NCBI GenBank assembly: GCA_948435375.1
Contig: CAOJGQ010000001.1
Location: 34,949-98,948, forward strand
DNA from: an uncultured Candidatus Saccharibacteria bacterium
Lineage (GTDB): Bacteria > Patescibacteriota > Saccharimonadia > Saccharimonadales > Saccharimonadaceae
Length of the DNA: 64,000 nucleotides
Direction of reading: 5' to 3'
Below are positions 25,436 to 32,921 of the stretch, piece after piece (positions within the stretch are counted from its first letter, which is position 1; every line of letters begins with the position of its first letter). The notes under the pieces were generated by a model that did no database searches, was not told where the DNA came from, and saw only the letters and a list, made by a program, of their open reading frames with translations. Position numbers and translations under genes: made by a program.

Positions 25436-25827
25436 CTATATATCTAACTCGTGGCGGGACTATACATATGGAAGTTGGGTCTTTGAGGTTTGCAGGGTTC
25501 GAAGGGTATGTTTGGTCTAATACTGCCTATGAGACTCCAGCGGACGCGTATTATTTGAATTTTTATGGTGACATTTTGCCATCAAATAGCCTCATCCGTT
25601 GGCTTGGCTTTACGGGCCGAGTAATAGTTTATTTGGAGGATTGACCGTAAAGCCATTCCATCGACTGCCGTCGTGCGCTGGGAAAATGCTTATAGCGCCA
25701 AAATGAAGAACATATGCATAAGATTCTGAGCCTAGAGCGGCGTTTGTCCAGTAATAGCCGTAGAAGCTTGCGACCCTCAACGCGCCAAAGACTTCGCTTA
25801 CGCTCCCGCCACGAGTTAGATATATAG
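25436..25827. repeat. 392-bp unit bounded by a 24-bp perfect inverted repeat, containing two convergent paralogous mini-ORFs
   Basis: CTATATATCTAACTCGTGGCGGGA at 25436-25459 is the exact reverse complement of 25804-25827. The plus-strand frame is ATG 25468..25644. The minus-strand frame ends at 25610. Confidence 0.85.
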
Positions 25828-25866
25828 GAGATAACGGATATGCTTGACGTCTACTTTTTCTGCTTC

Positions 25867-26106
25867 TGCTTTGACGAAGAATTATAATGTAATGAAGTGT
25901 GCACCAAGACTTTGATTGTTTGTTCTGGTTTTTTGATTCATGTTTTGACGAAGGAGGATCCGGACTTACGAGGAGGAAGAGCGCGCCATACCCGTAACGA
26001 CGGGATATGGCGACGCGCCTCCTTCGTTAGAACAGAATCGAAAAACCAATAGCTGGCAATCAAAATTAACGTGTAGGCTTCATTACGATATTACTTCGTC
26101 AAGCAG
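25867..26106. repeat. ~240-nt long imperfect palindrome (non-coding)
   Basis: The left arm (25867-25957) and right arm (26018-26106) are complementary in blocks: CTGCTT, GACGAAG, TAATGAAG, TTTGATTG, TGGTTTTT, GATTC and ACGAAGGAGG. The centre also folds, with CCCGT-AACG-ACGGG at the apex. All frames of the left arm, checked by hand, contain early stops. Confidence 0.65.
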
Positions 26107-26140
26107 AATCAAAAATCTTAAACCGTGTTATAATCACTTT

Positions 26141-27193
26141 ATGAACCATAACCAACTTAAAAACTCCCAAAACCCTAACGTCGCCACTTGGAATAATATT
26201 GAGCCGAACGGCGGTTTCGATCCTGACGCAGCTGCCCGCCATCGCGCTAATGCCCAAATAATTCAACCCCCCGAAACCGCTACTGCTAATTTCGCCGAAC
26301 GAGCCCGTCAAAAGCGTTTGCGTCAGAAAGATAAGCTTGCTTGTGCTATTCTCTACGGCACCGATACGATGACCGCCGAGAATCCGCCGCTCCTTTCGCC
26401 CGAAGAGCACCAAAAAGTTTACGATTTTTTCAATAATGGTCAGATCACCGACCAATACGAATCCGATTTCCTGAAACATCTCACTCCACCCACTGGCCAA
26501 CATGACGAAAAAGCCGCCGAGGTCCTCAACTCGCTCGACACAAAGCATATGCGTCGCATTCTCGCTAATTTTAGTCATCGCGGCTTTGAAAATTGGCAAT
26601 CGACTGACCCTGACGACGTGACGAATATGCTTAAAACTTATCCCACACCAGTCGAATTCGATCCCGCAGCCGATCAATTTCTCGATGACATCCGTCGTGG
26701 CAATTCAGAGCTCAAAGCCAAAGCCTACGCCGACGCACTGGATGATTTCAAACATAACTTTTACGGCAAACGTCAGCAATATCACGAAGCCTTTAATAAT
26801 CTCCGCGCCGATGCCTTATCTCAAAATATGAAACAAAAGTCCGTCACTGGCCGCCCCTTACGTGAAGAATATTCCTCACCCGAACGTGCCGATGCGGTCA
26901 TCCTCGGCCCAGTTGAATCTTTCGGCGATCAAGGTGGCTTCATTCGTCGCGAAATCCATCTCAAACCCGGCGAAACTCCACCCGAAGGTAGTCTCGTCAT
27001 CCCGCCACGCGACAACGTCTTGCATACCTCTGCCTCCGAGACACCGCTTGACGATAGCTTGCATTATATGTCTCCCGAAGTCGCTGAACGCTTTACGCCC
27101 AATCAGTCGTCCACGAACCCCAGCGAGAGCCAAAGCCCCGCAAAACAGCCTAAACCTGGACTCTTTGGACGACTTTTCGGCCGCCAGAAATAA
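26141..27193 (+). CDS. Hypothetical hydrophilic protein (350 aa), no recognised domain
   Basis: It is a long ORF. TATAAT at 26129-26134 lies 6 nt upstream of the ATG, which is a leaderless-type arrangement. The composition is polar and low in hydrophobic residues. Confidence 0.55.
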   Translation: MNHNQLKNSQNPNVATWNNIEPNGGFDPDAAARHRANAQIIQPPETATANFAERARQKRLRQKDKLACAILYGTDTMTAENPPLLSPEEHQKVYDFFNNGQITDQYESDFLKHLTPPTGQHDEKAAEVLNSLDTKHMRRILANFSHRGFENWQSTDPDDVTNMLKTYPTPVEFDPAADQFLDDIRRGNSELKAKAYADALDDFKHNFYGKRQQYHEAFNNLRADALSQNMKQKSVTGRPLREEYSSPERADAVILGPVESFGDQGGFIRREIHLKPGETPPEGSLVIPPRDNVLHTSASETPLDDSLHYMSPEVAERFTPNQSSTNPSESQSPAKQPKPGLFGRLFGRQK

Positions 27194-27313
27194 CCTTTTC
27201 TCGCCTTGCGAAATCCCACCATCCATGCTACAATAAACTTGTTACGCACGATTATTAATTTAATCACTCTGCCCGGGAGCTTCGCCCGCCGCAGAAAGGG
27301 AATTATCTAAACT

Positions 27314-27739
27314 ATGGCAAAAAAAGTTACTGGCAATCTCAAACTCCGCATTCCTGGCGGCAAAGCCACCGCTGGACCTCCAGTTGGTTCGACGCTCGGT
27401 CAATGGGGTCTCAACATGATGGATTTCATCAATCCCTTCAACGAAAAAACCAAGGAATACATGGGCAAAAACGTCATTGTCCACATCAAAGTTTATGAAG
27501 ATCGTACCTTTGATTGGGTCTGCCTTGGTCAGCCGGTTGATGATCTGATCCGCGAAAAGATCAAAATTCAGAAAGGCAGTGGCCGCCCCAACACCGAAAA
27601 AGTTGGCAAAATCTCCCGCGCTGACCTCGAAGAAATCGCCAAGCTCAAGATGGACCAGCTCAACGCGATCGATCTCGATGGTGCCGTGAAAGTTATCGCT
27701 GGTACTGCCCGTTCAATGGGCGTCGAAGTCGAAGACTAA
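27314..27739 (+). CDS. rplK: 50S ribosomal protein L11
   Basis: MAKKVTGNLKLRIPGGKATAGPPVGSTLGQWGLNMMDF is the conserved L11 N-terminus. 141 aa. Confidence 0.95.
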   Translation: MAKKVTGNLKLRIPGGKATAGPPVGSTLGQWGLNMMDFINPFNEKTKEYMGKNVIVHIKVYEDRTFDWVCLGQPVDDLIREKIKIQKGSGRPNTEKVGKISRADLEEIAKLKMDQLNAIDLDGAVKVIAGTARSMGVEVED

Positions 27740-27760
27740 AACTTCATTTCCGGCATGTTT

Positions 27761-27785
27761 AAGCCCCGCTATTTTAGCGGGGCTT
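27761..27785 (+). terminator. Hairpin terminator after rplK
   Basis: A 9-bp stem pairs AAGCCCCGC with GCGGGGCTT around a 7-nt loop. It is followed by ATTCG, so the U-tract is weak. Confidence 0.5.
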
Positions 27786-27860
27786 ATTCGCAAAGTTTAT
27801 TCGCTACGGCATAGTTTTATATTTTCCCAGCTTCATCCCTGCTCTAGCAGTTCCGAAGCC

Positions 27861-28217
27861 TCATTCTTCATGGTGCAACATTTCCCAAGTTCCCGCGTTG
27901 TCTGCTCGCTTTATCTCATCGAGCAAGGTCGTCGAAAGCAGCAATACGCCGCCAAACAGGCTGGCAAATATTGCCCGACACAACACATAGAGAAATTCAC
28001 CCAGCATAATTCCAAGTAACATCTGCACAACTTCCGCGATCGTTACCGCGAACAGCCAATAATTCATGAGGTATAATCCCGTCCGTGGACCAATCATCGC
28101 GTCCGCAAAATGCGTCCTCATCCAGCCACAAAAGCGCCGCCGATAAGCCGGCGAGCTCAGCTTCTCCCACCAGGAAAAATTACCTTGCCGATGATCGCTC
28201 TTCGAATTTTTTTGCAT
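27861..28217 (-). CDS. Small membrane protein, unknown function, inserted between rplK and rplA
   Basis: 118 aa with two or three TM helices. The promoter is TTGATT, 17 nt, TATAAT. GGGGGGTGAG Shine-Dalgarno precedes the ATG. Confidence 0.5.
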   Translation of the reverse strand: MQKNSKSDHRQGNFSWWEKLSSPAYRRRFCGWMRTHFADAMIGPRTGLYLMNYWLFAVTIAEVVQMLLGIMLGEFLYVLCRAIFASLFGGVLLLSTTLLDEIKRADNAGTWEMLHHEE

Positions 28218-28489
28218 TCATCTCACCCCCCTAACTCCATCTATAAACAGCCCTGTTTCTATAACAGCAACGACCTTATTATATTACCATTTTCAATAAA
28301 AATCAAGTATAACTCGCCCGTTTGGCAGCCAAAACTTGCTTTTCAAAAGATATTTTGCTATAATAGTCAATATACTATATTAATCCGTGGGAGAGACGCT
28401 ACTCGTTATTCCGCTCATCGTGCTAAAATCACCGTTTTAGCTCCGGTTAAAGCGCCGATCGTTTCGTAAACACCACAGAAAGGAACATC

Positions 28490-29461
28490 ATGGCAGAAGA
28501 AAATACTGCTCCGGTGGAAAACACCGAAAATCTTTCAAACGCAGCTCCAGTCATCGAAGACGATACAAATCTTCAGGATCAGGTCTCCGAGGAAGCTGTC
28601 GATACTACCGAAGTTGCCGAAGAAACCTACGCCAAATCCGGCAAAAAATCTAAAAAACACATCGAAGAAGTGAAAGCCGAAGCTGAGCGCCAAGCCCGCA
28701 AAGCCGAGAACAAAGCCCTCGCTGAAGCTGGCGATAAGCCGCGTGGCGCCGCGCCGATCACTCGTCCAAAAATCGAACGCCGTGGCAAAAAGTACCAAGA
28801 AAAAGCCAAGTTAGTCGAAAAAGGCAAAGCTTACAGCCTAAAAGATGCGCTTGAGCTCGCTGCCCAGACCAATCCAGCCAAGTTTGACGCCACAATCGAA
28901 GCGCACGTCCGCCTCGGCGTTGACCCGCGCCAAGCCGACCAAAACATCCGTTCAACCGTCGTCCTTCCTCACGGCAATGGCAAAACCGTCCGCGTCGCTG
29001 TTTTTGCGCCGCTTGATGAAGCGAAAAAAGCTGCCGCCGCTGGCGCTGACATTGCCGAAGATGAAGAATTCCTCCGCCGGCTCGAAAAAGGCGAACTCGA
29101 TTTTGACGTTCTTATCGCCACTCCAGCCTACATGCCAAAACTCGGTAAATTCGCCCGTCTGCTTGGACCGAAGGGCTTAATGCCAAACCCTAAGGCTGGC
29201 ACTGTCACGGTTGACCTTGAGAAAGCCGTCAAAGAAGCCAAAGCCGGTAAAGTCGAATATCGCGTCGACAAACAAGCCATCGTCCATATCGGCCTTGGCA
29301 AAACCAGTTTCGACCAAGCCAAATTGCTCGAAAACGCTGAAACTTTCTTGAATTCCCTGAAGAGTCAGCGCCCAGCCTCGATCAAAGGCGCCTTCGTGAA
29401 ATCGCTCTATCTCACGACTTCCCAAGGTCCTTCCATCTTGGTCGAAAATATCTATAACTAA
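28490..29461 (+). CDS. rplA: 50S ribosomal protein L1 with a ~95-aa N-terminal acidic/basic extension
   Basis: From about residue 97, [28 protein letters not shown]...[34 protein letters not shown] is canonical L1. GGAA Shine-Dalgarno precedes ATG 28490. No in-frame Met lies closer to the conserved core. Confidence 0.9.
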   Translation: MAEENTAPVENTENLSNAAPVIEDDTNLQDQVSEEAVDTTEVAEETYAKSGKKSKKHIEEVKAEAERQARKAENKALAEAGDKPRGAAPITRPKIERRGKKYQEKAKLVEKGKAYSLKDALELAAQTNPAKFDATIEAHVRLGVDPRQADQNIRSTVVLPHGNGKTVRVAVFAPLDEAKKAAAAGADIAEDEEFLRRLEKGELDFDVLIATPAYMPKLGKFARLLGPKGLMPNPKAGTVTVDLEKAVKEAKAGKVEYRVDKQAIVHIGLGKTSFDQAKLLENAETFLNSLKSQRPASIKGAFVKSLYLTTSQGPSILVENIYN

Positions 29462-29575
29462 CATTGATAGTTTTCCAGCTAGCACCCGATTATACGGGTG
29501 CTTTTTGGTGTAAACTCCTTGCCTTTTCCATGCCAGCTTGATACACTGAAATAAATTAGTTAATTGGAGAATTTT

Positions 29576-30622
29576 ATGAAAAAATTCCTAGCCGTAGCCT
29601 GTGCTATGCTTTTGTCAGTTTTAGTTCCGCTGGGACGCGCTTCGGCCGCCGGCGCACCTATCGATCTTAACAATTATCAAGTTGAGAACTTGTCCGACGT
29701 ACTCACCGCCGAAGGAATTACCTATGATATTAAAAACTATACCGACACTGATACGAACAAAACTATCATCTATCTTTTCCGTCTCGCTGGCTGCCAAAAC
29801 TGCAAAAATTTCCTCCAATTCGTCGCCGATGAACTTTTGCCAAATTATAGCGACAAATTCGTCGTCAAAAGCTTCTTGCTAGCCGGCAATGGCACACCAG
29901 TCTCTCCTTCAACTAATGACAATCTGGCCTTAGCTGAACGTCTCATGGATTTCTATGGCGTCCCAAGTAGCAATACTACTCCATTTGTCTTTGCTGGCGA
30001 AAATGTCGCCTCACTCGGCCCCGTCGACGCTACGACCAAAAACAATCTAATCCAGCTTATTCAATCCGGCAATACTTATAACGCTATCGCCGCTATCAAT
30101 TCCGGCGCCACTAGCGTCAATCCTGGCACTCCCAGCACTCCTACTGACATGAAAACGGAAATTTTCATGAACGGCGACTTCACTATCTACGCCGACCCGG
30201 CTATCGACTCGACTTATGACTTCCGTGTCACCAAGCTCGATCGTAAAGACATTGCGCTAAAAAATTACAATTATATTGATGCCTACGACTTTGCATTCTA
30301 CCACAACAACCAAGTTGTCCCGATGGAAAACGGCAAATACACTCTTTATATCCCAGTTTCCGAAGAATATAAATTCTATCGCGTCGCCTACCTCAAAGAC
30401 GGCAAAGTCGCCGAGACTTTCGACACCACTTACGCTAACGGTTTTGTCAGCTTCACCACCAGCCATCTCTCCGAGTATGCTGTCTACGGCACCAACAACG
30501 CCGTGACCGAGGAAAATCCTAACACTCTTGACCAGGCTGGAATCTATCTCATGGTGCTCGGCCTTTCCACTCTCTTCATCGCTGGCGGCGTGATAGCTTA
30601 CCGCAAATTTGCTAAGCATTAA
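29576..30622 (+). CDS. Secreted thioredoxin-like (CxxC) protein with a C-terminal NPNTL sorting-like signal
   Basis: The signal peptide is MKKFLAVACAMLLSVLVPLGRASA. GCQNC lies at 29792-29803 in a IIYLFRLAGCQNCKNF context. The C-terminus has NPNTL (30515-30529), then a hydrophobic helix, then RKFAKH. Confidence 0.6.
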   Translation: MKKFLAVACAMLLSVLVPLGRASAAGAPIDLNNYQVENLSDVLTAEGITYDIKNYTDTDTNKTIIYLFRLAGCQNCKNFLQFVADELLPNYSDKFVVKSFLLAGNGTPVSPSTNDNLALAERLMDFYGVPSSNTTPFVFAGENVASLGPVDATTKNNLIQLIQSGNTYNAIAAINSGATSVNPGTPSTPTDMKTEIFMNGDFTIYADPAIDSTYDFRVTKLDRKDIALKNYNYIDAYDFAFYHNNQVVPMENGKYTLYIPVSEEYKFYRVAYLKDGKVAETFDTTYANGFVSFTTSHLSEYAVYGTNNAVTEENPNTLDQAGIYLMVLGLSTLFIAGGVIAYRKFAKH

Positions 30623-30629
30623 ATCCACC

Positions 30630-31457
30630 ATGGCCCGTCGCACTGCCCAGAAAGTCTGCTTGATCATTATCTTTATCGCCATCAGTGTCTTTCTTCTCAC
30701 CCTCATTATGTTGACTTTCTGGCTCTTCGACTCCTGGAATATTCAGCAAGAGACCGAACAGGTCATTGCTAGCACTAATCTTAGCACTACTCCGTCTTCC
30801 TCGGACCCTTCCCAATCTGCTGGATCGGACGAGGAAGACACTTTTAACCCCTACTGGGATTTTCGCAGCACTGATTATCTTACAGCCGATTTTACGAATC
30901 TAAAGCGTCAAAATCCCGAGACTGTTGCTTGGCTCAATCTCCCCGGCACCGACATTAACTACCCCGTCACCCAGCATTCCGACAATTCTTATTATCTGAA
31001 CCGCAGCTTCAATCAGAGTCGCAATAGCGCCGGTTGGGTTTTTCTCGACTATCGCAGCCAAACTTTCCGCGACGCCAAAACCTATGACGCTAACACAATC
31101 ATCTACGCTCATGGTCGTCAAGACGGCTCGATGTTTGGCAGCCTAAAACGCATTTTCACCGCTTCCTGGCAAAGCAACCCCGACAATTTTCTCCTACGCA
31201 CCTCTAGCCCCGCCGCCAACCAAATCTGGCAAGTTTTCAGCATCTATCGTCTGGCCGACTCCAATGACTATATCCAAACCTCCTTTCCCGAGCCCCGCAT
31301 GTTCGAAGATTTTCTCAGCACTATCAGCTCTCGCAGCCTCTATGATTTCCATACTCCAGTCAGCACCTCCGATCGCATTATCACTCTTTCGACTTGTCAA
31401 GACGAACATACCAAAATCGTCCTCCATGCCAAGTTAGTCAAATCCACCGCTCGCTAG
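30630..31457 (+). CDS. srtB: Sortase, class B-like
   Basis: It has an N-terminal TM helix, then TVAWLNLPGTDINYPVTQHSDNSYYLNRSF, NTIIYAHGRQDGSMFGSL and the catalytic Cys in ITLSTCQDE. These resemble SrtB-family signatures. Confidence 0.75.
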   Translation: MARRTAQKVCLIIIFIAISVFLLTLIMLTFWLFDSWNIQQETEQVIASTNLSTTPSSSDPSQSAGSDEEDTFNPYWDFRSTDYLTADFTNLKRQNPETVAWLNLPGTDINYPVTQHSDNSYYLNRSFNQSRNSAGWVFLDYRSQTFRDAKTYDANTIIYAHGRQDGSMFGSLKRIFTASWQSNPDNFLLRTSSPAANQIWQVFSIYRLADSNDYIQTSFPEPRMFEDFLSTISSRSLYDFHTPVSTSDRIITLSTCQDEHTKIVLHAKLVKSTAR

Positions 31458-31522
31458 ACCTAGACAAAAACGGCTATGCAAAAATACTCATCCAAAAACA
31501 TCCATTTTATCCCCGGTAGACC

Positions 31523-31551
31523 TTGACTTCTTTCAACATTTTTGCTAAAAT
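31523..31551 (+). promoter_or_regulatory. Promoter of the rplJ-rplL operon
   Basis: It reads TTGACT (31523-31528), a 17-nt spacer, then TGC-TAAAAT (31546-31551). Confidence 0.6.
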
Positions 31552-31878
31552 CAAAGCAGTTACCGAAGACCGTAGCGGAGGAACCGTTTAACAGCGTTTG
31601 AGGGCTTTTCTGGAAGTACTCGCTCAATAGAGCCATATCACCCCAGTTCGACCTTAAAATCGTCGAGAACACCTCTTAATCACGCTACCGAGGAAATCTC
31701 TAGGGAAAATCTCTTATTTTGGTAACGCTAATTAACAATTTGCTAGCTTGCCAAATTCATCAAAATTAGCAAAATATGTCCCTAATTTTCATTTCCAATC
31801 GCGACAAACCCCAAAAAGGTTCGCTTAGAAAGATATTAGAACATATTTTTCAATTAAAACAATACCTAAGGAACTTTT
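31552..31878 (+). promoter_or_regulatory. Long (~320-nt) 5' leader of rplJ; possible L10(L12)4 autoregulatory leader
   Basis: No credible ORF lies between the promoter and ATG 31879. L10 leaders are widespread in bacteria. I could not confirm the specific structure by eye. Confidence 0.3.
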
Positions 31879-32400
31879 ATGGCAATTTCAAAAGCGAAAA
31901 AAGATACTTTGGTTGCTGATTTGACTACGCTCCTTTCCGACGCGAAATTGACTGCTTATGCTCGCTATCAAGGGCTCAGCGTTGCCGACCTCCAAGAGTT
32001 ACGCAAAGCCGCCCGCGAAGCCGGTGTCAAAATCAAAGTCGTGAAAAACCGCCTCGTGCGCGTGGCCATGAACGAAATCGCGGTCTATAAAGATACCGAC
32101 ACTACCGGGCTTACTGGTCAGCTCATCTACGCTATCTCTGATAGCGACGAAGTGGCGCCAGCTAAAGTCTTGGCCGAGTTTGCCAAAAACCATCCCGCCC
32201 TCGAGCTTGCTGGTGGCTTCTCGGGTGAAGGCAAAGCCATGGATCAGGCCGAAATCACCACTTTGGCGAAAATGCCGTCCAAAAACGAGCTTATCGCCCA
32301 GGTTGTGGCCCAGCTCCTTTCGCCAATCAACGATACTATTTCCGGTATCAGTGGCGGTCTTTCTGGGATCATCTCTGGCCTCGAAGCCAAAGCAAATTAG
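31879..32400 (+). CDS. rplJ: 50S ribosomal protein L10
   Basis: 173 aa. MAISKAKKDTLVADL...YQGLSVADLQELRKAAREAGVKIKVVKNRL is typical of L10. Confidence 0.93.
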   Translation: MAISKAKKDTLVADLTTLLSDAKLTAYARYQGLSVADLQELRKAAREAGVKIKVVKNRLVRVAMNEIAVYKDTDTTGLTGQLIYAISDSDEVAPAKVLAEFAKNHPALELAGGFSGEGKAMDQAEITTLAKMPSKNELIAQVVAQLLSPINDTISGISGGLSGIISGLEAKAN

Positions 32401-32448
32401 CACCAACCACAATATAATATATTATAATTTTATTAGTAAAGGATAATT

Positions 32449-32829
32449 ATGGCTACAGATATCAAAAAACTGGCCGAAGAACTAGTCAACATGACTATTC
32501 TCGAAGTCAACGAACTCAAAAACCTCTTGAAAGACGAATATGGCATCGAGCCAGCCGCCGCGGCTGTCGCAGTTGCTACTGCTCCAGCTGAAGGTGGCGC
32601 TGCTGCCGATGAAGGCAAATCTGAATTTGACGTCGTCTTGAAAGACGCCGGCGCTCAGAAAATTGCCGTCATCAAAGCCGTGAAGGAAATCACCGGCCTT
32701 GGTCTTGGCGAAGCCAAAGCCATCGTTGATGGCGCTCCAGCCACCGTCAAGGAAAAAGTCAAGAAAGACGAAGCCGAGACGATGAAGAAGAGTCTCGAAG
32801 AAGCTGGCGCTACTGTCGAATTAGCTTAA
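32449..32829 (+). CDS. rplL: 50S ribosomal protein L7/L12
   Basis: It has an Ala-rich hinge [18 protein letters not shown] and the C-terminal domain [27 protein letters not shown]. Confidence 0.95.
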   Translation: MATDIKKLAEELVNMTILEVNELKNLLKDEYGIEPAAAAVAVATAPAEGGAAADEGKSEFDVVLKDAGAQKIAVIKAVKEITGLGLGEAKAIVDGAPATVKEKVKKDEAETMKKSLEEAGATVELA

Positions 32830-32859
32830 TCTCTAAGCGCAAGCTAGTAAAATCTCAAA

Positions 32860-32905
32860 ATATCGGACCAAGCTCCCACCAGGGAATCAGGTCCGATATT
32901 TTTTG
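32860..32905 (+). terminator. Rho-independent terminator after rplL
   Basis: A 10-bp stem pairs ATATCGGACC (32860-32869) with GGTCCGATAT (32890-32899). It is followed by TTTTTT. Confidence 0.75.
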
Positions 32906-32921
32906 GTGTTATAATAAATAT

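Noticed and set aside
25305-25520. The 71-aa track ORF in the ORF-poor region.
   Set aside because: It has no Shine-Dalgarno or properly spaced promoter. It runs across the promoter of the divergent gene and through the inverted repeat, in a frame different from the one that shows paralogue conservation.
25436-25827. A diversity-generating retroelement (TR/VR pair) as the explanation for the two similar LTRGGS...GF(T) coding repeats.
   Set aside because: The two copies differ at many positions that are not adenines in either copy (for example act/agc, ata/gta, cat/agc). No reverse transcriptase or avd-like gene is in the window. The copies are convergent and both are truncated.
25953-26040. 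Short resemblances to RNase P RNA conserved regions (GGAGGAUCCGGAC, GGAAGAGCGCGCC, ACAGAAUCG).
   Set aside because: The three patches lie within about 90 nt, whereas a bacterial RNase P RNA needs about 330-400 nt with defined spacing. The exact GGAAAGUCC core is absent and no P4 pairing could be drawn. The region is better explained as the centre of a palindrome.
28365-28489. Calling a specific L1-binding autoregulatory site in the rplA leader (GGGAGAGACG).
   Set aside because: I cannot reproduce the L1 stalk-mimic structure from memory with enough confidence. I left it as a question inside the cluster-fragmentation finding rather than annotating it as a feature.
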